Shown: in pieces, positions 12,447 to 26,208 of the stretch
Layout of the letters: each line of letters starts with the position of its first letter
Position numbering within the stretch: the stretch's first letter is position 1
Source: Eledone cirrhosa
Taxonomy: Eukaryota
Direction of reading: 5' to 3'
DNA length: 64,000 nucleotides
NCBI GenBank assembly: GCA_964016885.1
Contig: OZ024741.1
Span: forward strand, 53,196,001-53,260,000
Translations under genes and position numbers: made by a program
Notes under the pieces: generated by a model
Database searches by the model: none
Seen by the model: only the letters and a program-made list of their open reading frames with translations
Told to the model about the DNA's origin: nothing

Positions 12447-13075
12447 GTCGAGTCACTCTTGAGTGCTACTGGTAACATGTAACACAGTACATCCTGTCGT
12501 ATTATCGGGTCGTCGGCGACTAAACCGGCTACTCCACCAAATTTACTTGGCGAGGAGAATAATTTGGGGCACCCTGCAGGACAAAAAACAAGACTTGACA
12601 AAGGGCGCAAGAACACATAAGCGTCAACGGCCATCCAAATATGTGTGAATATGTATTTACATATGTATATATGTGTATATGTATATATGTATATACATGC
12701 ATCCATATGTATGTATATGCGCGGGGACATAGAAATAATCGAGCTGGATACCCGATCGCGCGGTTAAACTACTGGGAGTGAAGGTCCCCTAACACTTGTC
12801 AGGGCATTCTTCTCGGAGAGGATACTCAGGAAACTCGGATAACTCCGATATAAAACCTGCGGCTCAGTAGTTACCGATGATGTTGATCTTTTCTTCTTTA
12901 CGGATCATAGCTACTGTCGCTCAGACAGTGGGATTGGCTCGGTGCACAGTCCTTCCACACTTTAAAAAAAAAATCTTCACACACAGGGTTTTCAACATAG
13001 CATTAATTAATAATTATTAATATTGTTATATCGTGCAATGGCCGTACTCGATAACGACGGGACATCCATCATTTA
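12447..13075 (+). mobile_element. RTE-derived non-autonomous element (5' end + 3' end), split by a microsatellite
   Basis: 5' part homologous to 55245-55435 and, in reverse complement, 59455-59552; 3' end GGCCGTACTCGATAACGA shared with 4797, 55811, 57286 and 59125 (rc). Confidence 0.6.
12450..12528 (+). ncRNA. Candidate HDV-like ribozyme at RTE-type 5' end (decayed)
   Basis: CAGT-ACA-TCCTGT-CGT-ATTATC-GG-G-TCG-TCGG-CGA-CTAA-ACCGG follows the P2/P3/L3/P1/GG/P4/J4-2/P2 order, with mismatches. Confidence 0.4.
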
Positions 13076-13195
13076 TGTATGTATTGAATATATGTTGGCT
13101 TAAAGTAAGTTGCTTCAACGCAGGTTTTATGACTATGAAAATAAGTCGAACAAGTTAGACTAAAAAGGTGAAATATAATGTCATTACGAAGGATA

Positions 13196-13421
13196 TTTAG
13201 CAGTATTAGTTGTAGATGTTATCGAGATGCAAGTGACATAATAACAGCAGAAATTAGAGATGAAATATACGTTTATTTTTTGTTGTAGCACAAACAATGG
13301 TGTTGTACAGAGGCTGGTATCTGGCGTGTGATCCGTCGGCTTTCCAGTGGCTGTCTGTCTTTTCTTTCTGGCGTTCTCAACCGGCGTTGTTCTATCAAGG
13401 AGCGTGAGGCGTCTTACTACA
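13196..13421 (-). repeat. 3' LTR
   Basis: Direct repeat of 18458-18683; minus strand TGTAGT...GCTAAA; contains AATAAA on minus. Confidence 0.95.
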
Positions 13422-13645
13422 GTACCTCGAGCCAGATTTTCAAATTATTGAAAATCGATGTCATTACTCACATGTGGAGTAAGATGGCGAACATTGCAAC
13501 AAGGGGGAGCTATCCGCTCTAGCAAAAATTGAATCCAGAATAAGGATTTGAAAAACGTTAAAAAAAAACGACATGCATGCATAAAAAAAACAAGGCGAAG
13601 GAAAAGCGGAAACACAGAGGCAAAAAAAAAGGTGCAGCTAACAGT

Positions 13646-16600
13646 CTAAATATAGACGGTGCTGCAAAGTTTTTTGGGCCAGTGGACCCTACGACCTGAA
13701 CGGGTCGTGTTCTTGTAACGTGGCGATGGTGGTGGTGTAGGGACAGGCGATGATGGTGGATGAGGAATAGTCGTTCGCTCAACAGGCAAATACGAAGGGG
13801 TTCGTGGATCAGGAACCACAGCGTCCGTATCAAGGTGCGCCTGCTTAAGCCTGTCTAATGTAACTGTCACCCTGGACCCCTTAATATCTAACGTGAAATG
13901 CTTAGCCGAGCGCGCTAAGACACGGTAAGGTCCAGTGTAAGGCTGTGTGAGCGGGGGCTTCACCGTATCATTCCTTACAAAGACATGCGTCCACGAGGCA
14001 ATATCCCTCGGGACAGCAGTCTTGACAGTTTGTTTCCTAGTGTCCATTGGCGGCAAATCCTGGAAATAGGAGCGCAAACGGGACACGTAGGAAACGTGAT
14101 CTTGGGCATCAAGATCGATAGGGGCAAGCATTTGCCCGGGCAACGTCAGAGGGGCACCGTACAGTACTTCGGCCGGTGAAAATCCAAAGTCGACCTTCAC
14201 CGTTGACCGAATCCCTAGTAGCACAATAGGGAGGTACTCGCTCCAATGCGCCGAGTCCATTGAGGCTATTAAGGCGGCCTTCAGTTGGCGGTGAAAACGC
14301 TCCACCATACCATTCGAAGCGGGATGGTATGCCGTAGTTCGAATGCGTTTAGCACCAATTATTTTTGACAGCTCGAGGAAAAGGCTCGACTCGAACTGTC
14401 GTCCACGGTCGGTAGTTATTGTGGATGGAACTCCATAACGAGAGATCCATCCAGACACAAGAGCACGTGCTGTTGTCTCCGCGGTGATGTTTTTCAAGGG
14501 GATGGCCTCAGGCCATCTCGAAAAACGGTCAATGACGGTAAGTAGATAAGAAAAACCATCGCTGACAGGCCAAGGTCCCACTATGTCAATATGAATATGC
14601 GAAAAACGCGCATCTGGGTTAGCAAAGGTACCCAGGGGAGCCTTGACGTGGCGATGGACCTTTGATCTCTGGCAAGCGACGCAGGAACGGCACCAAGCAG
14701 CAATTTCACGCCTCATATTTGGCCAGAAAAATCTAGCTGATATGAGCTTTGTTGTGGCAGAAGATCCTGGATGCGAGATACAATGTAATCCCAGAAACAC
14801 GGTCCGAACGAAGGGCCTAGGCACGTCCAAAGAGACGTCGCAGAGAATTTGGCCAACTGCAGTCGACAGAGGCAAGTATTTCATCTCGCAATTCGCAAAC
14901 TCGGGCGATGTGACATCCAGTGACTCAAGGGCAGGCTGATCCGCAGCCAAACGAGTCAGATCTATGTCAGAGGGTGACGAGATCGCTGTCACGGGTAAGC
15001 GGGACAAAGCATCGGCCGCTGTATTTAGTGAACCCGGAATGTGCTGGATATCACTCGTATATTGCGAGATGAAATCAAGGTGTCTCGTCTCTCTGGGCGA
15101 GTATTTATCAGCCTTCGCTCTCAAAGTAAAAGTCAATGGTTTATGGTCAGTGAGGATAGTAAATTGTCTACCCTCTAGCACATGTGAAAAATGTTTCACG
15201 ACCAAATAGATGGCTAAAAGCTCTCTTCCAAAGGTGCTGTAGCGCGTCTCAGCAGGATTTAGCTTTTTGGAAAAAAACTCCAGCGGTTGCTGGTAACCAT
15301 TGATGTTTTGCTGTAGTACTGCGCCCACAGCGATATCCGATGCATCAACACAAAGCGTTAGCTTTGCACCGGGTACCGGGTGAGTCAGTAACGAAGCATT
15401 AGCCAAAACAGTTTTGGCGTGCTGAAAATCAGCAAGTTGAGTGTCTGTCAAAGAAATATCTTTGTTCTTCCTCCGACAATTTTTCAAAATTTCTGTCAGG
15501 GAGAAAAGCAACTTGGCACAATTTGGCACGAAACGCCTATAAAAGTTAACCAGACCTAAGAACTGGCGTAACTGACGTAGTGAGGTCGGTGGAGGCAAAT
15601 CCTCTATGACCTTAACTCGCTCAGGCCGGGGTCGAATTCCGTCAGCATCGATGACGTGACCCAAGAAAGTCAGTGACTCAGCACCAAAAACACATTTGGG
15701 TGCATTAAGCTGCACGTTATACGCCTTCAATCGGCGGAAAAGAAGATTCAAATGGTGCGTATGCTGCTCTGGAGAAGAACTAGCAATGAGCAGATCGTCA
15801 ATATAGGTATAGACGAAATCGAGGCCGCGAGTAACCTCATCCATAAACCGCTGAAAAGTACTAGCGGCATTCCTTAATCCGAACGGCATAGTCAAAAACT
15901 CGAAAGACCCAAATGGCGTAACTATAGCCGTTTTTGGAATGTCATTTTAATGGACAGGAATTTGATGGTACGCACGAATTAAATCCAGTTTGGAGAATAT
16001 CTTGCATCCCTGCAACGAAGACGCAAAGTCTTGCAGATGAGGGATAGGATAACGGTCCGGTACCGTTATCGAATTCAGGCGTCGATAATCTCCAGTAGGT
16101 CTCCAATCGCCATTCGCTTTCGGTACCATGTGCAATGGGGACGCCCACGGGCTCGTGGACGGACGAATAATCCCCATTTGCAGCATATGATCAAATTCTG
16201 ATCGTGCTGCTTTGAGTTTGTCCGGAGGCAAGCGACGAGGGCGAGAGAAAACGGGAGCACCAGTTGTAGATATGAAGTGCTCCGTGGTATGAGTAGGTTC
16301 ATCAAATCGAAAATTCCCCTGTGTCAGTTGCGGGAACGAGTTCAACAACGCATGGAAAGGATCACCGGTGTTAGCAAGAAAAAATATCGGGCTAACCGTT
16401 GGAACTCCTGCTGCCTTGCCAACAACAGTTAATCCCGTGATGCCATCAATTAGGCGTTTACCACGAAGGTCCACCGTCAATGAAAAATGGTGGAGAAAAT
16501 CCGCGCCTAGAATCGGATACGGCAAGGCAGCGACAGTAAATATCCATTTAAACTCGCGCCGCAGATTACGAAACTGCAAGGGTAACGAGATTTGTCCGAA

Positions 16601-16813
16601 AGTTCGAATCGGCGAACAATTTACTGCCTGCAACTCAATAGGCGTCTCAAGGGGAGTCTCCTTCATACAACACACAGGCCATACGGAACAAGCTGCCCCT
16701 GTGTCAACCAGAAAAGCTCTACCTGACAGCAGGTCCTCAATGAAAAAGTGGCGGTTAGATGTCGTTTCGCAGAGCGCACTATCCGCCGTTAGTGACTCTA
16801 GTCGTCTTTTCCC
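13646..16813 (-). pseudogene. pol: Gypsy pol (protease, RT, RNase H, integrase) with one in-frame stop at 15947-15949
   Basis: FLVDTGA protease; DYRRLN, MPFGL, YIDD RT; VDAS..RELLA..TDHKPL RNase H; H-H-C-C, IDIVGP, TTDRG, NGMVER integrase; GPY. ORFs 15947-16825 and 13646-15895 are in the same frame. Confidence 0.95.
16750..16813 (-). promoter_or_regulatory. Putative -1 programmed ribosomal frameshift signal (G GGA AAA + H-type pseudoknot)
   Basis: Heptamer 16813-16807 in the gag frame just before the gag stop; pol is in the -1 frame; 7-nt spacer; stem 1 AGAGTCACTA/TAGTGCGCTCT; loop GGCGG pairs with downstream CCGCC (16754-16750). Confidence 0.8.
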
Positions 16814-17565
16814 TCGTAAGCACAAGGAGGCCTACAACGGGCGGCTTTTTTACCATATCTTTCATGGTAATAACAATATGTTGTTCCTGGTGTGTTGGAA
16901 GGGCTACGGTGGCGAGAAGTTGAATAACGTCGAGAACGGCTCCTCTGCCGTCCAAAGGACCTGAATTCCGTGCACAACTCCGCCATTTGACGAGTCATGG
17001 CTTCCATAGTGGTGATTAATTTGTCATCAGACGCTGATGAGCGTGATTGAGGAAGAGAAGAGGAAGCAACGTACTTTGGCTTCGAAGTGTCTCTCTTCGT
17101 CACCTCTACAATTTTGTCAGCAGAGACAGCAATGTGATCCAGGGTATTCACCTCTAGCATATGGGCTAGGATCGCCTGTACCTCTTGAGGTAGGCGAGAG
17201 AAGAACAATTGTATCAGGAAAGGGCTATCCTGATCTTGGGAATCGCTCAAATCCCGCAAATGCCGGAGAAAAGCGGTAGGGGTCCTGTCACCTAATCGTT
17301 CGTCCTCGATCAGTGACCGAAAACGACTCTCTACCGACTTACAATTCCTCCTCAAAATCTCGCCCTTCAAAAACTCATACGTCAAGTCAGAGGAGGGGTC
17401 TGTAATTAGGTCTTGGACCGAATCTGCTAGATTAGGGGGAAGGCCGCTAATCAGTACAGCGAGGCGCTGGTCAGATTCGGTCTTACAGACCGTAAAATAC
17501 GCCTGTAACTGGGCAAACCACATCTTAGGTTTTCCAGTAAAGGCGGGCAAATGTGGTACATTCAT
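16798..17565 (-). CDS. gag: Gypsy Gag
   Basis: 255 aa; LPAF....[23 protein letters not shown]-terminal [18 protein letters not shown] (CHCC). Confidence 0.92.
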   Translation of the reverse strand: MNVPHLPAFTGKPKMWFAQLQAYFTVCKTESDQRLAVLISGLPPNLADSVQDLITDPSSDLTYEFLKGEILRRNCKSVESRFRSLIEDERLGDRTPTAFLRHLRDLSDSQDQDSPFLIQLFFSRLPQEVQAILAHMLEVNTLDHIAVSADKIVEVTKRDTSKPKYVASSSLPQSRSSASDDKLITTMEAMTRQMAELCTEFRSFGRQRSRSRRYSTSRHRSPSNTPGTTYCYYHERYGKKAARCRPPCAYEGKDD

Positions 17566-18441
17566 GTCAACTTTTAAAACTAAAACAAATATATATACCT
17601 ATATATCGAAAGAGCAATTAATGCACCCTTGTACAGTGAAAAGAGAACAGCCAATATTGAGAAAAAGTTAAAGGGCAAAAAGAAACAGACATTCAAAACA
17701 TAAGGAAATATTCAAAATACATAAAATACAGATATATATCTTTAAAAAAAAATGTTTCCTTCAACGTCTGTCCCCTCGCGTTGCCTCAACGAACCAGCCA
17801 AATCAAATAAGGTAAAAAAAAAAGGAAGAAAAAAATGTTTTTTTTCTTTAAAATATATCCGCGTTGGATATCAACAAAGGTAGCCAGTGGCTAAAAATCC
17901 CTTAGAAAAAGGTAAGGCATGTATATCCCCATGCGGGGCAGTTATGTTCACAAAAAAAAGTTTAGTCTCTTCTCTCTTGATCAGTCATGGAACACACACG
18001 CAATTCAAAAAATGTGTCCGTTACAAAACTGGGAAGGAACGCAACGCCACCTTGGAAAAATACACTTTTTTCTTTTTTCTTCTGTAAGTTGCGAAAAAGT
18101 TGGCAATGGAAATGAAATATGCAAGTGAATAAAAAAATTTGCTCTAAATTATCGACACGTATGAATCGTTTTGATATTTCCGATGTGTGGTGGTTTGCGT
18201 CGGTAAGGCTATGAAGCTGCCACTCACTATTCCCTGTTTTGGTCAGTGGTTAAACAATGTTGTCGCTGCTACTGCTGTCGTTGTTGTTGCCGAGTGTAGC
18301 AAAAAGTATTTTGAAATACTACTAACTTTTCGATAATTTTAAAAGGAATATTTTCTATTTTCGCAAGTTGCGAAAAAAAAAAGCCGACAATGTGGCAATA
18401 AAAGTTCAATTGATGAAAAAGAAGGGCTACGTTAAATTCTT

Positions 18442-18456
18442 ACGTCGGGGTCACCA
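18442..18456 (-). promoter_or_regulatory. Primer-binding site, tRNA-Trp
   Basis: Minus TGGTGACCCCGACGT, 1 nt from the 5' LTR; complementary to the eukaryotic tRNA-Trp 3' end ACGUCGGGGUCACCA. Confidence 0.9.
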
Positions 18457-18457
18457 C

Positions 18458-18683
18458 TTTAGCAGTATTAGTTGTAGATGTTATCGAGATGCAAGTGACA
18501 TAATAACAGCAGAAATTAGAGATGAAATATACGTTTATTTTTTGTTGTAGCACAAACAATGGTGTTGTACAGAGGCTTGTATCTGGCGTGTGATCCGTCG
18601 GCTTTCCAGTGGCTGTCTGTCTTTTCTTTCTGGCGTTCTCAACCGGCGTTGTTCTATCAAGGAGCGTGAGGCGTCTTACTACA
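18458..18683 (-). repeat. 5' LTR
   Basis: Direct repeat of 13196-13421, adjacent to the PBS. Confidence 0.95.
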
Positions 18684-18889
18684 GATACAACACTTCACCA
18701 AGTACTGAAATTACGACCTTAGAATAACGTCATGTGATTCAAACCCTTCTAATGAATATACATATATACAAACGCCACATATATTAACGTGCACGCATAC
18801 ACAAATACATACACACACACACACTTACACACACATCTATAATATATCTCTTTTGAATTTATCCTTGTTTCGGATGTTCATTCGTTTTT

Positions 18890-18964
<75 letters not shown>

Positions 18965-19006
18965 CATTATATTAATACATGGAAACTATATTTATAAAAC
19001 AATAAT

Positions 19007-19072
19007 TATTTTATTATATATATTTCAAGGGCAACCAAGGTAAATTATGGTGCGCATTCATCAGATAAAAAA
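19007..19072 (-). ncRNA. PLE-type minimal hammerhead, left arm of fold-back 18960-19200
   Basis: Reverse complement of 19088-19153 with few mismatches. Confidence 0.7.
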
Positions 19073-19087
19073 CAGATTTGTTTTCTG

Positions 19088-19153
19088 TATTTTATCTGAT
19101 GAATGCGCACCATAATTTACCTTGGTCGCCCTTGAAATATATATAATAACATA
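19088..19153 (+). ncRNA. PLE-type minimal hammerhead, right arm of fold-back
   Basis: TATTTTAT-CTGATGA-ATGCGCACCA..TGGTCGCCCTT-GAAA-TATATA-TA-ATAACATA. Confidence 0.7.
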
Positions 19154-19305
19154 ATTATGGTTTTATAAATATAGTTTCCATTTATTAATACATTGTATAT
19201 TTACTCCACTAAATTGTTGAGTGCTTCATTTCAGTTATAAAAATGTTTAAGCTTGTTGAATCCCAACATATTACATATAACTTCTGCATATATATACATA
19301 TATGT

Positions 19306-19380
<75 letters not shown>

Positions 19381-19581
19381 CATACATACATACATACATA
19401 CATACATACATACATACATACATACATACATACGTAAATATATATATATGAATGTATATGTATATGTATGTATATGTATATATATATATGTATGTATATA
19501 TATATATATAACCTCTGCATATGTATACATATATGTATATATATATATAAATATATATGTACATATATATAAATATATATG

Positions 19582-19614
<33 letters not shown>

Positions 19615-19755
19615 GCGTGTGTGTTCGCGGACGTGTTTATATTGTATCATATGTATGAATAAAATTCTATAGAATGTAAAATTGATGTATAGACCTTAAT
19701 AGATATATGATACATATATAATACATGTGTATGTCTGCGTGAATGTATGTGTGTT

Positions 19756-19790
<35 letters not shown>

Positions 19791-19793
<3 letters not shown>

Positions 19794-19940
19794 CAACGTG
19801 TTACTGAAAAGTTGTAGGCTTTGGATAAAGGAAAATACAGGTGGATCAGTTAATTATGATTTTATTCAGCATATTCCCCTGCATATTGCAGCGGCTCTAC
19901 CTCTCCTTGAAAGGTAAAGCTCTACCCTTTCGATATCCCT
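19791..19940 (-). mobile_element. Tc1/mariner terminal remnant
   Basis: TA-CAACGTGTTACTGAAAAGTT TIR-like end; minus strand encodes GEYAE* like a mariner transposase C-terminus. Confidence 0.5.
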
Positions 19941-20223
19941 GCGTGTGTGTTGGTGCCTGTGTAATATATATCTATTTATATATCCATACATACGACAGGG
20001 CGCTCGGCGAGCATCGGACAAAAGATTTTCAGAATTCCTTGTGTTGTATAACGCTCTTAATTCACATCCCAATGATGTCAACTTTTCCTTTCATCCGTAA
20101 TCGATAAAAGAATGTACTAATCAATTAATGAAGTCGATATAGTTGATTTCCTAATTTCCTCCAAATTACTGGCCATGTTTCTAACATAGAGACTATATAT
20201 TGCATAGAGATTTTATATATATA

Positions 20224-20387
<164 letters not shown>

Positions 20388-20516
20388 AAAGTTTTATTTA
20401 AGATTGTTGGGTTACAACGAGTAAATATTTTATAACTGATATAAAAGCACTCAAAGAGTTTCTGGAGTAGGTTTACGATATTAAACAAATGGAAACTATA
20501 TTTATAAAACCATATT

Positions 20517-20582
20517 TATTTCGTTATATATATTTCTGGGATATCATATTAAAAATATGGTATGCCTTCCTCAGACAAAATA
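20517..20582 (-). ncRNA. PLE-type hammerhead
   Basis: Reverse complement of 22130-22195. Confidence 0.65.
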
Positions 20583-22129
20583 CAATACATAAGCTGTTTT
20601 ATAAATAAGTTTGACATACCTTATAATAATGCAACTTCCATTTAAAAAGTTGATTTGGTAGTGAAACTGTTATGACAGTTATATAGAAAGAAAAACGAAG
20701 ATGAGAAGAAGAAGATGAAGAGATGTATGTAAATAAAAAAAAAGAAGATGAAGAGATGTATGTAAAGAAAAAGAACAGAGCGAGATAGAGAGAGAAGGAG
20801 ATATGGGAGAGAGAAATACATTGAGGAAGTGAAAAAATATAGTAGGCAGCTTTTGGACAGATGATCATCGTATATGTGAGAGGTTAAGGAGGGAAGGGAT
20901 ACAGTTAAAATAGCCGACACATAAATCACGTCCAGTGTAGAGGAGAAAAAGAAAGAAAGATGATATATTTAAAATATATTAAAAATATATTATGTCTCAT
21001 CCATTTGAATTATCAATTTTTATGAATTAGGTATTATAATGTAAATATCAGTATTCATGAATGAGACACATATCCATAATGTGTGAAAAAATGACCCCAT
21101 GCTTAGTTTAAAAATTCTTAGGTCTATAAGCAAAATCTGAGACAAAACTTCAAACATAAGTATATATGCATTCTCATGAAAAAAGAAAAAAGAGAAAGGA
21201 GAAGGTTATCTCAAATTCAGGTTGATAAATATAGACACACATGTGAACTTACGTGATATGCTCCACAGATTCTTATATTTCATGAAAATCTTCATTGCGT
21301 TACAAAAGATTCCACCCTACATATATTTACATACATATATACATATATATAGACATAAAATATATAAGATATACATTAACATTTAAAGTAACATTCCTGC
21401 CTCACTTGTATGATTATCGATCAAGCATAGAATAGACAACAGATATCAATATCAAAAATTAAAAACGCCAAGAATATCTTCGTCACTCCACAGAGTATCT
21501 AGGGACGCAAGAGAACATAGTATGCCACGCATATCAGTCACATAAAGTCAGAATCAAAAGCAAACCAAACCAAAATTGTTCACCAAGCCTTATTTAGCAG
21601 AAATCATTCAAAACTTATTCTACAAATGCTCTTATATTTATTATAGAAGTTTATCCAGCTTAAAAATTTATTCAAAAATTGGGAACATCGCCAATTTTAG
21701 GGTAGTTTATTTAATCTCATTAATTATATATTCATGCAGAAAGGTTTAAGAAAAAAAAAAAAAAAAAATATAAGACACTGGACGTGATTTATGTGTCGGC
21801 TATTTTAACTGTATCCTTCCCTCCTTAACCTCTCACATATACGATGATCATCTGTCCAAAAGCTGCCTACTATATTTTTTCACTTCCTCAATGTATTTCT
21901 CTCTCCCATATCTCCTTCTCTCTCTATCTCGCTCTGTTGTTTTTCTTTACATACATCTCTTCATTTTCTTTTTTTTTATTTACATACATCTCTTCATCTT
22001 CTTCTTTTCATCTTCGTTTTTCTTTCTATATAACTGTCATAACAGTTTCACTACCAAATCAACTTTTTAAATGGAAGTTGCATTATTATAAGGTATGTCA
22101 AACTTATTTATAAAACAGCTTATGTATTG

Positions 22130-22195
22130 TATTTTGTCTGAGGAAGGCATACCATATTTTTAATATGATATCACAGAAATATATATAACGAAATA
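22130..22195 (+). ncRNA. PLE-type hammerhead
   Basis: TATTTTGT-CTGAGGA-AGGCATACCATATT..AATATGATATCACA-GAAA-TATATA-TA-ACGAAATA. Confidence 0.65.
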
Positions 22196-22236
22196 AATAT
22201 GGTTTTATAAATATAGTTTCCATTTGTTTAATATCG

Positions 22237-22268
<32 letters not shown>

Positions 22269-22362
22269 CAGAGAGAAATTTTCCTATTACCCACTGTACT
22301 ACCCTAAGTATTGAGTACTCTGGTGCGTTATGGTCCACCTGGTTCCTTACCACACTTCCTTC

Positions 22363-22439
<77 letters not shown>

Positions 22440-22810
22440 CCATATATGTGCGCACATGTGTGTGTTTTTGTAGTGTAAGTATACACTAGTAGACACACTA
22501 GTACACACGCACCGACTCAATATAAACAAACACAAACACACAGCAATTATTTATTCTACTATTCTTTTACTGGTTTCAGGCTTTAGAATGCGACCATACT
22601 GAAGCAACGCGAAACATAAACTTGTCATTATACGCATATTTGCGTTTTGCCACGTGTACATATGAGTGTGTGTGTGTGTGTGTTAGTTTCTAAATATATA
22701 TCTATGGATATATTCATATATTGTAGTAAAACAAATTAGAATAGATCCGCATTTGTGTTGCATGCACGCACTCGAAAACACACAAACGGACACAGACGCA
22801 GGCACACACG

Positions 22811-22857
<47 letters not shown>

Positions 22858-23286
22858 ACACACACACACTCACACACACACGCACACACATACACACACA
22901 CACACACATATATATATATATGTGTGTGTGTGTGCATTAGTGCGAGAGAAACTCCAGTCCGGGAACCTTATAGGCACCCGTTTTACGTGTGTTGTGTTGA
23001 GGCAAATAACTATGTATATACTCTGGTAATGTATCTTACATTGCCCATTGAGTGCGCTGAGATACAACTGGTACTGGCATTGATAAATATACTGGGTCCG
23101 TCAACCCTTATTATATATATATATATATATATGTAAATATATTCGGGAATGTCATGTAATTATGTATATTCAAAATTCAACATGAATGAAAAGGTGATTT
23201 TGCATAGAATAACTATAAAATCACGGGTATGTATGTATGAATGTTTTGTAGCATATATATATATATATATATGAATGTTTTGTAGC

Positions 23287-23318
<32 letters not shown>

Positions 23319-23732
23319 ACACGTTGGGAGGGTCATGCTGCTAATATATAAATATATATTTATACTCTCATACATAGGCATCTATATATATTCATACATG
23401 AATATATAATAATGCACATACCGAGAAATTCAAACGCACACACGCGCGGACACACATACACACACTCATAGGTACATCTCTATATGTATGTATATTATGT
23501 ATGTATATTATTTCCTGGCATCTTCGAATGGCGGCAACACAATATCACAATGATAAAAGAACCTATTATAGCTTGGAGATAACTTAGTTATGGTGGTCGG
23601 ACATTTTTTTTTTTCAGCAAGCTGTTAACAATAGCGTTCTTGTGACATTATAAAGGAACTACGTGTCTGTGTGCATGTCGAGTATATTCCTCGTTTCTAT
23701 GAAATATTTAGACATTTATGCATGTGCGAAGC

Positions 23733-23813
<81 letters not shown>

Positions 23814-23816
23814 TAT

Positions 23817-23933
<117 letters not shown>

Positions 23934-23934
23934 C

Positions 23935-23965
<31 letters not shown>

Positions 23966-24300
23966 TATACACATATATATATATATGTACATATATATAT
24001 ATATGTACATATACACATATATATATATATGTACATATACACACACATATATATATATGTATATGTGTGTGAGTGTGTGTATGTAATAAGCGTATTTATA
24101 GCTTATTAGTCGAACATATATACCATGTACATGTATATATATAAATGATGTAACTGTTATGTGAATACACACACATACATGCATATATATATATATATAT
24201 ATATATATTTAGTATATTTTCGTTGTTTACCGACACCTAGTATGCAGATTGGACCACTCGACGGAGAAAGCAGGTTGGCTTGTTTACTCCGGAGTAATGT

Positions 24301-24540
24301 AAAATAATTAAGTCAAATAGGTAAAATTTGGCTTCGTTTATTATAAATTATAAATATACTGCTATATATATTTTGTTGACAACCATCATTGCCTGTGACC
24401 TCTTCAGGCAGTCCAAATTGGTGTGGTAGAGACAAGTACACATGTTGTTGAGGTGTGTTTACTCCGTCAATACATATAGCAGTATATCTATAATTTATAA
24501 TAAACGAAGCCACATTTTACTTATTTAACTTAATTATTTT
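24301..24540. repeat. Inverted repeat (67-bp arms) with a decayed minus-strand hammerhead at 24358-24412
   Basis: Arms 24301-24367 / 24474-24540; minus ACTGC-CTGAAGA-...-AAAA-TATATA-TA-GCAGT (G of GAAA lost). Confidence 0.65.
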
Positions 24541-24826
<286 letters not shown>

Positions 24827-25040
24827 GAAGGCGTGTGGCTGAGTGGTTAGAGAATTGGATTCGCAATCGTAAGGTTGTGAGTTCGATTCCTGGACCAGGC
24901 GATGCGTTATGTCCTTGAGCAAGACACTTTATTTCACGTTGCTCCTTCTACCTGGAGTTGCGACCGATAGATAGTATTAGCAATTGGAAAGACCAACGGA
25001 AACATTGTTCCCTCGGTCCGATTTGACGAAAGTCGATCGT
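24827..25040 (+). mobile_element. tRNA-derived SINE with Pol III boxes
   Basis: A-box TGGCTGAGTGG, B-box GTTCGATTC, body TCCTTGAGCAAGACACTTTA, followed by an A-tail. Confidence 0.8.
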
Positions 25041-25042
25041 CT

Positions 25043-25104
<62 letters not shown>

Positions 25105-25611
25105 CATATATCTTCATATGTATGTGTGAATGTATATATATATATATATATATACATGTATCTCAGTGAAAACGTAAAATACCTCAACAATTCCGTCTAT
25201 AGCATTATTCTCAATCTTAAGCCATTGGTTACGTTATTAGCGTTTCTAAAGTATTTGGAAGTAGATATGAAATCATTGCACAGTTCACGTGGACAATATT
25301 TTCCAACTGAGTAGATTTCTGGGATACATTTGATTAAATTTTCTATCAGTCAATATGTATGCCTGTGGTATTGTTTAAAAATATAATTTCGTTTTAGTCT
25401 TCTGTAGAGGAAATTGGACATATATTTAAAATGTATGTATTTTTGAAACATCCCAATGAACTTTGTAAATCACCTATGATACACTCACAGAGTACTATGT
25501 TATATGCAAGTCCGAAATATCTAAACAGTATTAATTATTTGTGTAACTATGTAAACATTTCAAGAATCCAGATGGCTGTTGCCGTATGGAAACAATATAA
25601 CAATCGCACCA

Positions 25612-25786
<175 letters not shown>

Positions 25787-25790
25787 CATG

Positions 25791-25822
<32 letters not shown>

Positions 25823-25881
25823 CTGTATGTACATGTATATATATAATTGATGTAACTGTTAGGGGAATACACACACATACA

Positions 25882-25959
<78 letters not shown>

Positions 25960-26150
25960 GGATTGAGGTTCACCACTGTATAGAGCTGGTCTATTCCGTA
26001 TGGTCAATTGTAATGTAATAATATAGAGAGTACTCAACGTAAAGCAGTTCAACCGTCTTCGTTTTTGTAGTTGGTGGTGCTATTACGGAGTTAAATATTA
26101 TAATGAAATGACAGGAGGCTGGATTTGTGTAAATCCTTGAAAGGTTTATT

Positions 26151-26208
26151 ATACTATGATCATTTCAATGAGCGGGTTCCGTATGAATCCGGTGATATCA
26201 TCAGGTAT
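26151..26208 (-). ncRNA. PLE-type hammerhead
   Basis: Reverse complement of 27923-27980. Confidence 0.65.

Larger units (their letters stand above)
13196..18683 (-). mobile_element. Ty3/Gypsy LTR retrotransposon, CsRn1/Kabuki-like, full length and young
   Basis: Two 226-bp LTRs with one visible mismatch; GATA TSD at 13192-13195 and 18684-18687; tRNA-Trp PBS; gag with CX2HX9CX3C; PR-RT-RH-IN order. Confidence 0.97.

Noticed and set aside
13985-17279. Plus-strand ORFs (e.g. 16368-16964, 198 aa) and CTGATGA at 17034 inside the Gypsy element
   Set aside because: Antisense shadows of gag/pol; the CTGATGA lacks hammerhead stems.
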